A stretch of DNA of 41,983 nt from a virus. Its lineage: Duplodnaviria > Caudoviricetes. Below, one piece after another: positions 9,027 through 18,000 of this stretch. The number at the start of each line of letters is the position of its first letter. Position 1 is the stretch's first letter. The notes under the pieces were generated by a model, which saw only the letters and a list, made by a program, of their open reading frames with translations, did not search any database and was not told the origin of the DNA. Position numbers and translations under genes: made by a program. Location: the IMG/VR virus record IMGVR_UViG_3300021086_000009, positions 1 to 41,983 of that record; one strand, 5' to 3'.

Positions 9027-9263
9027 TTGAAGCACAACGCGGATAAGGCTCAAAAGCTAGCCGACAGATTACGCCGTCAGCGGCATCCTACGGGCATAAT
9101 CGTCACGGAGTCCAATCGCAAATTAAGCGTTGAGCAAGTCGAGCAGATACGTGCATTGCGCGCAGCGGGAGAGCGCCCGTCAGTCATTGCGCGGCGATTC
9201 GGCATAAGCAGGCAGCACGTATGGAATATAGTCTCTGGCTGGCAATGGAAGAAATCTTGTTGA
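9027..9263 (+). CDS. HTH DNA-binding protein
   Basis: KLSVEQVEQIR...IARRFGISRQHVWNIVSG.W. Confidence 0.75.
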   Translation: MKHNADKAQKLADRLRRQRHPTGIIVTESNRKLSVEQVEQIRALRAAGERPSVIARRFGISRQHVWNIVSGWQWKKSC

Positions 9264-9487
9264 CGTAAACAAGTTTGTAATTGCTACGCTCTAAGAACTT
9301 CTACATTATTCGCTGTAACTGGGTATCTTCACTGGCTTGGCGCTGCGCTAAACTGCAAATGAGTTCGGCTCGGCAGGCAGCGCCTAAGCTGGAAAGCAGT
9401 AGAAGCGCCGGTCGCCGCGGTCGGAAACGGCACTAACAGGCGAGCTTGCATTTCCCGCAAGCATTCCTATCCCTAAATGGACCGCAA

Positions 9488-9706
9488 ATGGAAAAAACCT
9501 ACGAAACACAAGACTTAATCCCGCCCATGCTGAAGTTGAGCGACCCGTGCTCGGTAAAGGTGCGCATCACTGACAAGCACGTATTCTTGTTCGTAGGTCA
9601 GCGTGACTGGCAGTGGAATCTTGAAACAGGGGAAATGGTTGGAGCAGGCACGGCAATGTGCGCGTCCATTGAAAGCGATGCTCCTCCGCAAATTATTCAG
9701 CACTAA
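9488..9706 (+). CDS. hypothetical protein
   Basis: ATG 9488 after GGA; stop abuts the next ATG. Confidence 0.55.
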   Translation: MEKTYETQDLIPPMLKLSDPCSVKVRITDKHVFLFVGQRDWQWNLETGEMVGAGTAMCASIESDAPPQIIQH

Positions 9707-10057
9707 ATGGCCCGATCCAAGTACGAACTAGTCTATCCCCACGACGGCAGCCGCAAGCAGATCGACTCCGCAGAGCGTAATTCACTCCTATTGTCCCGCT
9801 CCATCCAGCAAGTTGGCCCCACGCGCTACAAATTCATCGGGCAAGTCAAGACATTCCATGCATTTGCAGATCTCGCTCAGCTAATCCAGTACATGGCCCT
9901 ACCTCCAAGCCTACTGCGCCATTACTTGGACGCGCTGCGCATAATCTTTGAACTGGCGCTTGAGCGGGAATTACAGCTAGAAGAGACGCCAGAAGCCTGT
10001 CATGCGCGGCTAATAGCGATGGGGATGCCCGCTACGGGATTTGAGGTAGCAGCGTGA
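9707..10057 (+). CDS. hypothetical protein
   Basis: 116 aa, coupled on both sides. Confidence 0.65.
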   Translation: MARSKYELVYPHDGSRKQIDSAERNSLLLSRSIQQVGPTRYKFIGQVKTFHAFADLAQLIQYMALPPSLLRHYLDALRIIFELALERELQLEETPEACHARLIAMGMPATGFEVAA

Positions 10058-10329
10058 GCGAGCTAGCCAACGACCCGAGAACGCTTTCGATGATGGGCGA
10101 ATCCACGTTTAGGCAGAAGGGCGAAGCCTTGTACGTCCAATTAAAGCGCAACCAGGTTCCTGTTCTGTTGTTCAAGCTATTGGAAAATCAGCAGATATAC
10201 GGCAATGCTTTCTTGTATTCGCAAGCTGGATCGCCATTTGTTTACGGTCAAGGCCAAGCTCAAAACAGCCCACTTGCCGGATTACTTGGCGGTGCTGGTG
10301 CGAGCAATCCATTCGAGCGCATGCCGTGA
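10054..10329 (+). CDS. hypothetical protein
   Basis: GAGG RBS, GTGA overlaps. Confidence 0.55.
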   Translation: MSELANDPRTLSMMGESTFRQKGEALYVQLKRNQVPVLLFKLLENQQIYGNAFLYSQAGSPFVYGQGQAQNSPLAGLLGGAGASNPFERMP

Positions 10330-10916
10330 GTGATACAGCGCAAACCATTGATTCTACGCAAGCACAAGCCATTCCAGCGCTTATTCAGCCTGTAAAGCGG
10401 CGTAAGTCCATCAAAGCTCCGATGGTTAAAGCGGCCGTAATCAGCAAAAGAACGCAAGGCCACAATATCTCAAGCATTGCAAAGGACTTGGGGATTACAC
10501 GGAATACAACGCGTACCATTCTGGCAGAGGCCAACTTCGACCAAGAAATTGAGGCTGGCAGAATCTCATGTGTTAAGCTGATTGGAAAAGGCGCGCAAGC
10601 TATTGAAAAGGCGTTTGATAGGGGCGATGGAGCGTTAGCCGTTCGGATGTTTGAGGGGCTAGGCATATTAGGCAATTCTACAAAAACTGGTAACAAGGCA
10701 ATGCAGGCCGATCTACACCTCCAACAAGCAATAAACGTGCTCATCCAGCCCCATGCTACGCCAAGCAAACGTAGCAATGATGTGCAAGTCATTGAATCTA
10801 ATGGTATGGCTGAGAGTATGACATTTGAACCCAGTGCAGTGAGACACGTCGAGGACCAGACCCAAGCGGCCAAAAACCTCCCCCTAGGTGATTTAGACTT
10901 ACATGTTCCCCAATAA
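10326..10916 (+). CDS. terS: probable terminase small subunit (HTH)
   Basis: NISSIAKDLGITRNTTRTIL HTH followed by helical segment; upstream of TerL. Confidence 0.55.
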   Translation: MSDTAQTIDSTQAQAIPALIQPVKRRKSIKAPMVKAAVISKRTQGHNISSIAKDLGITRNTTRTILAEANFDQEIEAGRISCVKLIGKGAQAIEKAFDRGDGALAVRMFEGLGILGNSTKTGNKAMQADLHLQQAINVLIQPHATPSKRSNDVQVIESNGMAESMTFEPSAVRHVEDQTQAAKNLPLGDLDLHVPQ

Positions 10917-10932
10917 CTTTTGCTCTCAGGAC

Positions 10933-10969
10933 TTGACACACATGTGCTACATGTGCTCATATAGCACAC
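10933..10969 (+). promoter_or_regulatory. promoter/operator of the RHH gene
   Basis: TTGACA at 10933; tandem ACATGTGCT at 10940 and 10949; inverted TGTGCT-N5-AGCACA at 10952-10968, immediately before the ATG. Confidence 0.55.
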
Positions 10970-11299
10970 ATGAGGAAGCTATTCGTGGAACGCGAACGCC
11001 TCGTACTCTACTTGGAGAAGTCGGACGTAATCAGGATGCTCTCCAGGGCCAAAGAGGACGGGGAGACGCTTGTGGAGTGGGCGCGTAATGTCCTGCGCAA
11101 TGAACTCACGATCTCACGGCCTTCCGAGGCTCCGAGGAGTAGCACCGCTGGCCACAAACCTCGGAAAGTACGGGCAGGTGCTGAAAGTACTACGGTGCAA
11201 GCCGTGGCCGTGGAAAATCCTACTCGCCACACCGCCGAATCCAACTGGCGCACCTGCCTCTGTGAAACCTGCGTCCAAAAGCGCAAGGCGGTGGCGTGA
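10970..11299 (+). CDS. ribbon-helix-helix DNA-binding protein with C-terminal Cys cluster
   Basis: RLVLYLEKSDVIRMLSRAKEDGETLVEWARNVL; H..CLCETC. Confidence 0.65.
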   Translation: MRKLFVERERLVLYLEKSDVIRMLSRAKEDGETLVEWARNVLRNELTISRPSEAPRSSTAGHKPRKVRAGAESTTVQAVAVENPTRHTAESNWRTCLCETCVQKRKAVA

Positions 11300-11499
11300 T
11301 GGACGAAGTAGTGGACATGGCCAAGGTGATTGGTGAGAAGCGCGTGCTCAAATGCTCTCGCTGTGGTAAGTCAGACGGACCGGATGTTCGCCTGTATACC
11401 GATATTGCGTGGAAGGGCAAGTCGCCAGTCTGCGGGGAATGCATTACGTTTGTCACCAAAGAGTTTCCGAAATCGAATCATATCGGTACACCAAGATGA
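11296..11499 (+). CDS. C4 zinc-finger protein (ClpX-N-like)
   Basis: CSRCGKS...VCGECI. Confidence 0.6.
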   Translation: MMDEVVDMAKVIGEKRVLKCSRCGKSDGPDVRLYTDIAWKGKSPVCGECITFVTKEFPKSNHIGTPR

Positions 11500-11648
11500 T
11501 TGCCGCGCCTCTGTTTATCGCCATGCTGGTTTGCGTGTGGATTGCGACACACGAGGGCGGGTACATCCGCAACCGCAAAGGCGAACTGGTGCCCGACTCC
11601 AAGACGGTACGTTTCCTCGCGTGGGTGAGTGGGCTATTTAAGCGGTGA
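11496..11648 (+). CDS. small membrane protein
   Basis: ATGA overlap; N-terminal hydrophobic helix MIAAPLFIAMLVCVWIA. Confidence 0.5.
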   Translation: MIAAPLFIAMLVCVWIATHEGGYIRNRKGELVPDSKTVRFLAWVSGLFKR

Positions 11649-13140
11649 ATTAGATTTTAAGGCCGCGGTCGATAACCTGCCGCGGATGCCCAAGCAAAGG
11701 CAATTTGTCTCTTCCAACCATTTCGCTACCGCGTATGTAGGCGGGCAGGGGAGTGGCAAGTCCGTAGCGCTCTGCACCTCCATCATTTTGAACGCCGCGA
11801 ATGACCCAAATGGGTTTTCCCTAGTTGGCCGGCTGAATATGCCTGCGCTTGAAACCTCCACGATGAAAACGTTTCTGGAGATGGTGCCGCGCGAATGGGG
11901 CGAGTGGTACGAGCAGAAGAAGGTCTTCAAGTTCGAGAACGGCCACGAAACGGTTTTCAAGCACTTGGACATTTCGGACCCCAAGATCGTGGGGCACATC
12001 AAGTCGATGAACCTGTCCGCGGCCTATGTCGACGAGGCCAGCGAAATCTCGGAAGAAATCTATTTCCTGCTGATTGGCCGCTTACGCCGCAAGACGGCCC
12101 CTCGACGCATTCTCAGGATTACCAGTAACCCGGCCGGGCATGATTGGATGTGGCGGAACTTCTTTGACCCTGACCGCCGCGAAAAGCTCAAGGGCTCGAA
12201 CCTGGGTATTACCGCTTCCACGATGGAGAACTGCTTTCTGCCACCGGAATACGTCGAGCACATGCTTAACACGTACCCGCCTGACTGGGCCGACCGCTTC
12301 ATCTACGGCAGCTTTGCCGATTTCTCCGACCTCGTTTTCAAGGAATTTACCGAGCAGACCCATGTTTGGGACGAGGCAAAGCACTGGGAGGTATTTGCCG
12401 GTGAGCGAAATCCCCCTGACGATTGGCCCGTCATTATTGGCATGGATATCGGCGGCGGTGAGGAAGGCGACCCCTGGGCAATCCCAATCATCGCCGTCGC
12501 TCCAGATGGACGTTTGTATCAGTACGATGAGGTCTATGGGGCCGGACTTCGTATCAAGCCTATCTCCGAAGAGCTGCACGCTAAAATTGGAAATCATCCC
12601 ATCGAAGGAATAGCGTATGACTACGCGCAAAGAGCGGCGGCGCTTGAACTCGAAGAGCACGGGATCTTCGGCCAGCCAGCCATCAAAGAAGTCACTCCCG
12701 GCCTGTTCAAAACAGAGCAGTACATGCACGTTGACCCTCGTTTGCAGCATCCCTTCAACCCCTCTATTGCTGGAAGCCCTCGATACTTCGTTTCTTCGCG
12801 GTGTCGCCATACGCTCCGCGAAGTTCCTACTTACAAATGGGCGAAGGATCGAAGCGGAAACCCCAAATTTGAGCCGGCGCATGATAACTCTCACTGCCCT
12901 TCGGCCATCAGATATGCCATTCACACTTTCCGACCAGAGCCGGAAAAAATCCTCCCCGCCAAAGCGTGGCAAAACCCCGCACTAAACGAAATCAGCCGCC
13001 TGTACTGGTATGAAGCGGACAAGCACAAGCGGGAAGGCGAAGGCGCGCCGGTCGTGCAACAGTTCCGCCGTCCACGGCAAATGAGATTTGTAAGGCCAGC
13101 GATTATGAGGAGAGAACATGCTGAATCTCGACCCAATTAG
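11629..13140 (+). CDS. terL: terminase large subunit
   Basis: Walker A GGQGSGKS, Walker B AYVDEA, coupling motif TSNP, RNase H-like IIGMDIGG. Confidence 0.93.
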   Translation: MGYLSGELDFKAAVDNLPRMPKQRQFVSSNHFATAYVGGQGSGKSVALCTSIILNAANDPNGFSLVGRLNMPALETSTMKTFLEMVPREWGEWYEQKKVFKFENGHETVFKHLDISDPKIVGHIKSMNLSAAYVDEASEISEEIYFLLIGRLRRKTAPRRILRITSNPAGHDWMWRNFFDPDRREKLKGSNLGITASTMENCFLPPEYVEHMLNTYPPDWADRFIYGSFADFSDLVFKEFTEQTHVWDEAKHWEVFAGERNPPDDWPVIIGMDIGGGEEGDPWAIPIIAVAPDGRLYQYDEVYGAGLRIKPISEELHAKIGNHPIEGIAYDYAQRAAALELEEHGIFGQPAIKEVTPGLFKTEQYMHVDPRLQHPFNPSIAGSPRYFVSSRCRHTLREVPTYKWAKDRSGNPKFEPAHDNSHCPSAIRYAIHTFRPEPEKILPAKAWQNPALNEISRLYWYEADKHKREGEGAPVVQQFRRPRQMRFVRPAIMRREHAESRPN

Positions 13141-13504
13141 AGACCGCGTAAACAAGGGCGTTGCCACGCCGCAAGACGTGCAAGCGCTCATGGCGGAGGT
13201 GGACAAGCTCTACGCCGATCCGAAACCAGCGTCAGAACTGGCTGCGGAAGCTGCGCAAGCCGCCGCCGACGCTGCTGCATCTGCTTTAGAACGCGCGCAA
13301 GCCGCTACTTTGGCCGCTCAAGCGGAAGCTAAAGCCGCCCAGGAGCGCGCCGACACTGCGAAGAAAGTTTCTGAGGCTGCGCAGGCCGCTGCGGAAGCGC
13401 GCAACGCGGACCTGAAAGCGTCCGCAGACAAGCAGAAAGCCGATGCCCTTCTCGCCGAGAAAACGAAAGTAGCGGAATCGCTCAAGACGCAACTGGAAGC
13501 ATAA
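13118..13504 (+). CDS. Ala-rich coiled-coil protein
   Basis: GAGGAG RBS; A/E/K-rich helix. Confidence 0.7.
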   Translation: MLNLDPIRDRVNKGVATPQDVQALMAEVDKLYADPKPASELAAEAAQAAADAAASALERAQAATLAAQAEAKAAQERADTAKKVSEAAQAAAEARNADLKASADKQKADALLAEKTKVAESLKTQLEA

Positions 13505-13692
13505 TGGAAGGCATGGACATTACCGGCATACGAGCCAGCTACGGCACTGAGGACGACTCCCGCGTGGATTCCGGGGTGATTCTTGGCCTGTCACGCGAGC
13601 AATACAAATGCCTTGAGTCGCTGAGAAATGGCAAACAAAAACAGCGGCCAAAGCGATTGCGCGACCGCAGAAAGAAAAACAAGAAATGCTGA
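13504..13692 (+). CDS. small basic protein
   Basis: TAATG coupling. Confidence 0.55.
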   Translation: MEGMDITGIRASYGTEDDSRVDSGVILGLSREQYKCLESLRNGKQKQRPKRLRDRRKKNKKC

Positions 13693-13943
13693 CTGGCCAA
13701 GCACGAATTAGAGAAATCATGCGGGAGCCCGTCTCCCGTATGGAAGCGCAGGCTCTTGAGGAGCGCATTCTGTGCAACATAGCGTCTTGTGCGGCGGGGC
13801 TTGAAGCGCTTGAAAGCCTGCTCATTAAAAAGGGAATTTTGCAGGACAACGAACTAATGACGGAGGTGCGCGCCGTGCTCGGAACGAAAACCGAGCAAGC
13901 GCAAGCCGCCGCAGCCACATCTTCACTCGTTACGGAGGTTTAG
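13686..13943 (+). CDS. hypothetical protein
   Basis: Helical; ALESLLIKKGIL motif. Confidence 0.65.
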   Translation: MLTGQARIREIMREPVSRMEAQALEERILCNIASCAAGLEALESLLIKKGILQDNELMTEVRAVLGTKTEQAQAAAATSSLVTEV

Positions 13944-13944
13944 C

Positions 13945-14202
13945 ATGGCAGTCAATATCCCGGGTATCGCGGTAGTGGCGCTCAAGATGGCCAGCGGCAA
14001 CGTGCGCTTGGACTTCTACAGCACCGTCGACGGCCTCAACGCCAACGCCGACCTGCGCTTTGCGGTCGTCATTCCGGCCGCCGACTTCACTTCGTTCAAC
14101 ACGACAGTGAACGGCGGGGCCACCAACGCCACGCTGACCAAGACCTATGCCGAGGACTTGAATCGCGGAGACTACGCCAACGGCATGGCGTTCGCAACCT
14201 AA
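13945..14202 (+). CDS. hypothetical protein, possibly virion-associated
   Basis: GGAGG RBS; beta-rich, C-ending codon bias like the capsid gene. Confidence 0.7.
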   Translation: MAVNIPGIAVVALKMASGNVRLDFYSTVDGLNANADLRFAVVIPAADFTSFNTTVNGGATNATLTKTYAEDLNRGDYANGMAFAT

Positions 14203-14309
14203 TGGCTAACAGCGACTTGATGAAGCCTGCCGTGGACGTAGCCAAGAAAGCCGCGACTGCGGGAAAAATCAAAAGCATCAAACTCAAAATCAAGATGAAG
14301 AGTAAGTGA
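14202..14309 (+). CDS. small Lys-rich protein (35 aa, not in ORF track)
   Basis: TAATG and GTGA coupling; MANSDLMKP...KIKSIKLKIKMKSK. Confidence 0.55.
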   Translation: MANSDLMKPAVDVAKKAATAGKIKSIKLKIKMKSK

Positions 14310-14965
14310 GCAAAGGGTTTCTCGCTTTCAAGGTTGAGAATCTGCGCAAGGTAAATGCGCAAAGACGCGCCTTATCTCAGCCCGACATCTACGCGATTCC
14401 CACGCCCAGCAAGGGCGAAGTGATGTTCGTTCCCGCGGCGCAGATGGGCGGAGAACCGGCTTCCTGCTACAACTGCCACTTCTACAATTATGGAAAGTCT
14501 TGCGGACTCATCGGGCCGTGGACGCGCATAGAGAAATTCATCTACCCGAAAGAAGCGACCGCTGACGCCAAGCGAATCGAGTATTGGCCGTGCTGCTCGA
14601 TGTGGGACAAAGGCGAACCGAATTACGGTGTGGAAGCTTTCACGGCCGCGAATGATCCTGACACGCTGGGCCTTGGATGGATTAACGCGCCGAAGCCTGG
14701 TCAGGAATATGGCGGAGCGAACTGTGGTGGAGAAAACGGCGGCGACGATTGCGACCACTACATGACGGAATCAAGCGACAAGCGCGAAGAGCCGCAAGGA
14801 TTTTGCCGCGTGCTGCAAACAACCGTGGATAACGGAGCCGTCTGTGCGCAGTGGCGCGACGATGATTGGATGGACTGGCGCAGGGCGCAAGACATTCTGA
14901 AAGATTTAGCGCAGCCCTCTGCCGTTGATGGTCGCAAGGTCGTAGAAACCATTGCCAACTCCTGA
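14306..14965 (+). CDS. Cys-rich protein with two HiPIP-like metal-binding modules
   Basis: CYNCHFY..C...CCSMW and C..CDHY..GFC...V..GAVCAQW. Confidence 0.6.
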   Translation: MSKGFLAFKVENLRKVNAQRRALSQPDIYAIPTPSKGEVMFVPAAQMGGEPASCYNCHFYNYGKSCGLIGPWTRIEKFIYPKEATADAKRIEYWPCCSMWDKGEPNYGVEAFTAANDPDTLGLGWINAPKPGQEYGGANCGGENGGDDCDHYMTESSDKREEPQGFCRVLQTTVDNGAVCAQWRDDDWMDWRRAQDILKDLAQPSAVDGRKVVETIANS

Positions 14966-15158
14966 GCTGGTCAAGCAAGTGGCCGAAGAGTTAAGGGAAA
15001 TCCAGAACGCTCCGCCGATCATGTACGGGCCGAATATACCGCGCTGCGATTTTTGCGGGGCTATCGTCCGTTGCCACGAAGAACTAAAGCACGTGGAAAC
15101 GCACAAGCATGAAAGCGGACAGATAACCACACGCAAAAAGGGGCCGTGCTGTGGCTGA
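14952..15158 (+). CDS. small Cys/His protein
   Basis: CDFCG...GPCCG. Confidence 0.55.
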   Translation: MPTPELVKQVAEELREIQNAPPIMYGPNIPRCDFCGAIVRCHEELKHVETHKHESGQITTRKKGPCCG

Positions 15159-15184
15159 CCTACCGATTGAATCGAGGCATAAGT

Positions 15185-15478
15185 ATGGTAACTGGGACGA
15201 CGCTGACGCTGAGTCTTTTGCTGACGTTCTTAGCGGCAAGCCTCCCGCCGCTCGTCCTGCTGTACCTGCGCGAGAGGATGCACCAGGAGAGGGAGCGGGA
15301 GTGGATGCGGATTTTCTCCGTCAAATCATTAGAGATTCCAGCGACAAGTATGGACGCTAGCACGCCAAAAGAACAAGTGACGGTCAAAGGGCCAGATTTG
15401 CGCCCTCGCCGCTCCATCCCTGTTCCGGTAAGCGATGCTGCCCGACAGATGTACAAAGCCGCGAAACAAGCACTCTAA
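15185..15478 (+). CDS. single-TM membrane protein
   Basis: GAGG RBS; N-terminal hydrophobic helix; stop abuts the portal start. Confidence 0.6.
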   Translation: MVTGTTLTLSLLLTFLAASLPPLVLLYLRERMHQEREREWMRIFSVKSLEIPATSMDASTPKEQVTVKGPDLRPRRSIPVPVSDAARQMYKAAKQAL

Positions 15479-17935
15479 TTGGCCGACGTACCCAGGGGAG
15501 GTCTAGCTGCTGCTTCCGGCAGTCCGAGCATTGGCAGTGACGGGCGCAAAAGAAGCTCTTCCTCTCCGCCTGCCGGCGAGTCGCTTATCCGTGGACTCGG
15601 CGGAGCGATTAAAGATTTCTTTGGCAATGCCGACAAGCCTGTACGCACAAAGACCGACAAGCCTGACCCGAAAGACATCAAGCCGGGTTATAGCTTTGAC
15701 CTGCCAATCGAGAAAAGAATCCTGTGGCACGCGGACCTCTACTACAACGAAGGCAGCTTTGAAAAGATTCAGTTTGCTCGCAAGTGGATGCGCAACGCCC
15801 TCATTTATCAGGGCTACCATGAACTCGAATGGAGCGAAATCAACGTCGCATGGGACATCGTGTTGCAGGATTCCGGCGACTACGCTTTCCCGAACAACTA
15901 TTACCGCTCGCTCATCCGGCAAGGGATTAGGGCCTATGTACAGAATGAGCCGCTCATCGAACCTGTACCCAGCAACGATGATGCCGAGGCCCAAGCCGCT
16001 ACGAAAGCTGCACGGACCGCTCTTGAGATCATCAAGAAATCCGTCAAGTACGACTACCTGCGCGTTATCGAAGCGCTCAACCTCAGACTCTTTGGGAACA
16101 GTTTCCGCTTCAATTATTTCAGCAAAGACCCGAGGTACGGCTATGTCACAAGCCCGGTCTACCAAGACACCGACGTGCTTCTTTCCCCTGGAAGTAGCGT
16201 ATGTCAGCAATGCGGACCTCTGGAAGGAAATTTCTCAGCCTGCCCCGGTTGCCAGAGTCCCATTTCTCAGCATATGCCCCCAGTCATGTCCAAACTTCCG
16301 CTTGTTGCAGGGAGTGTCCGTTATCCTAAAGGAGAAATCGTAACTGAGGCGGTCAACCCACTTGAAATCTATCTCAGGAGTTCCAGCTATGACCTCTGGC
16401 ACGCGCCATTCATTGTACGCAATCGCGTCGTTGATCGGCTTGCTTTGCAGTCAGCTTATCGGGATGTTTTGCTGGCTCCCAAGGGGGATGAAGGTGGAGG
16501 GGAGGCGTACTCCACTGGCGGTGACTTGGGACTCATTTACCTCCAATCTCTCGCTGATCTGCCTGGTGACCCGACTCAATATGCGGCATGGTACGAACGT
16601 GCAACCGCTGCTGCCAAGGCTCTACTAATCGAATGCTGGCTAAGGCCATCGACCTATTTCTTCGACAAAGAACTGGCTAAAAAGTTCCCCGATGGACTCT
16701 ACATTGCAAAAACTGGTGATACGCTTCTCGAAGCCCGAAATGAGTCCATTGACGATCACTGGACACATTACGTCTTTAACCCTGTGCCCGGCCGAATCTG
16801 GGGAGATGGCGACGACGACCTTATCCCCGTGCAGCTCAAGCTCGACGAAACCGACCGGCTCATCCAGCGCAACCAAGGTTATAACTCTGCCCCGTTGCTC
16901 GTAATCGACAGTCAGCGTATCGACAAAAACGAAATCATCAATGATCCGTCCACGATCATCGAGTGCAAGTCTGCCGGTAGACCAATTAAAGATGCTTTTG
17001 CGGAGATTCAGTCTCAGCCGCTCAGCCAGGAAACATGGCAGTGGCGCGCGGCCCATCTGGGCGATATGCAGTTTCACGCGCAAGTCTCTCCCGCGGCAAT
17101 GGGGCAGCACGAAACCGGAACCAACACATTCGGTGGGCAAGAATCCGCAGCGGCCAAGAGCGACAATTCGCTCCTGCCCAACCTCATGCTCTGGAAAGTT
17201 TCCGACGAAGTGTGGGCGCGGCAAGTGCTGAAGCTGGCTTCGGAAAACTGGGTGGACGACCGCATCCATGCGGTGAACGGGATTAACGGGCGTTGGGAAT
17301 TTAGCAAGCTGCGCGGTGCCGCGCTGGACATGGACAAATTCACGATTGAAACAAGGATTCTGCCCATCGACCCCGCAGAGCAAGAATCTTTCTCGAACGC
17401 TGTAGCCGCTGGCGTGCTGCCCCCGCAGGACCCGCGAGTAATGCGCAAGGCGCTTGAACTGTGGCACCTCGACAGCGAACTCGACACAAATTACAGGGAC
17501 ACCAAGAAGCAGTGGAAAGAAATCGAGCAGATGAAGCAGACGGGCCAGCTCGTCCAGCCCGTGCTGCTGCGCGATAACAACGCCGTGCAGATCGACGTTT
17601 GCCAAACATATCTGCTGTCCGATGAGGCCGACGACAATCCGCAACTGGCCCAGCTCGTTTTGCAGCACATGCAGCTCCACGTAATGAATGAAGCCAAGCA
17701 GCAGATGATGATGGCCGCGGTGTCGGGTGCGGCGGGAGAAGCTCCGGGCGGCGCACCGCCAGAGCAGGAGCAAGGCGCGAAGAAATCTAGCGGCGCGCAA
17801 AGCGGCAAAAACGGCGGGCAGGTTCCGAAATCTCCGCAAGTCAGACAGCAAAGAGCGGAGAAGGGGCAGGCGGCACGGCCGCACAAGCCGCAACCGTCCA
17901 GCGGAAACCAGTGGAACCGCCACAGGCAAACGTGA
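15479..17935 (+). CDS. portal protein with Zn-ribbon insertion
   Basis: 818 aa between TerL and scaffold; P.IEPVPSNDD.EAQAA, VNPLEIY, IWGDG..DLIPVQ portal-like motifs; Q-rich tail as in P22-like portals. Confidence 0.85.
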   Translation: MADVPRGGLAAASGSPSIGSDGRKRSSSSPPAGESLIRGLGGAIKDFFGNADKPVRTKTDKPDPKDIKPGYSFDLPIEKRILWHADLYYNEGSFEKIQFARKWMRNALIYQGYHELEWSEINVAWDIVLQDSGDYAFPNNYYRSLIRQGIRAYVQNEPLIEPVPSNDDAEAQAATKAARTALEIIKKSVKYDYLRVIEALNLRLFGNSFRFNYFSKDPRYGYVTSPVYQDTDVLLSPGSSVCQQCGPLEGNFSACPGCQSPISQHMPPVMSKLPLVAGSVRYPKGEIVTEAVNPLEIYLRSSSYDLWHAPFIVRNRVVDRLALQSAYRDVLLAPKGDEGGGEAYSTGGDLGLIYLQSLADLPGDPTQYAAWYERATAAAKALLIECWLRPSTYFFDKELAKKFPDGLYIAKTGDTLLEARNESIDDHWTHYVFNPVPGRIWGDGDDDLIPVQLKLDETDRLIQRNQGYNSAPLLVIDSQRIDKNEIINDPSTIIECKSAGRPIKDAFAEIQSQPLSQETWQWRAAHLGDMQFHAQVSPAAMGQHETGTNTFGGQESAAAKSDNSLLPNLMLWKVSDEVWARQVLKLASENWVDDRIHAVNGINGRWEFSKLRGAALDMDKFTIETRILPIDPAEQESFSNAVAAGVLPPQDPRVMRKALELWHLDSELDTNYRDTKKQWKEIEQMKQTGQLVQPVLLRDNNAVQIDVCQTYLLSDEADDNPQLAQLVLQHMQLHVMNEAKQQMMMAAVSGAAGEAPGGAPPEQEQGAKKSSGAQSGKNGGQVPKSPQVRQQRAEKGQAARPHKPQPSSGNQWNRHRQT

Positions 17936-18000
17936 TATACTTTAAAGTTTTTCTTGACAACCTCAAGGAAAAGTCGGATTATTCTGGAGTAGGAGTGTAA

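Noticed and set aside
16640-17929. Long minus-strand ORFs such as 429 aa here, 296 aa at 12082-12972 and 255 aa at 4652-5419
   Set aside because: Antisense shadows of well-supported + strand genes, with no recognisable motifs or RBS
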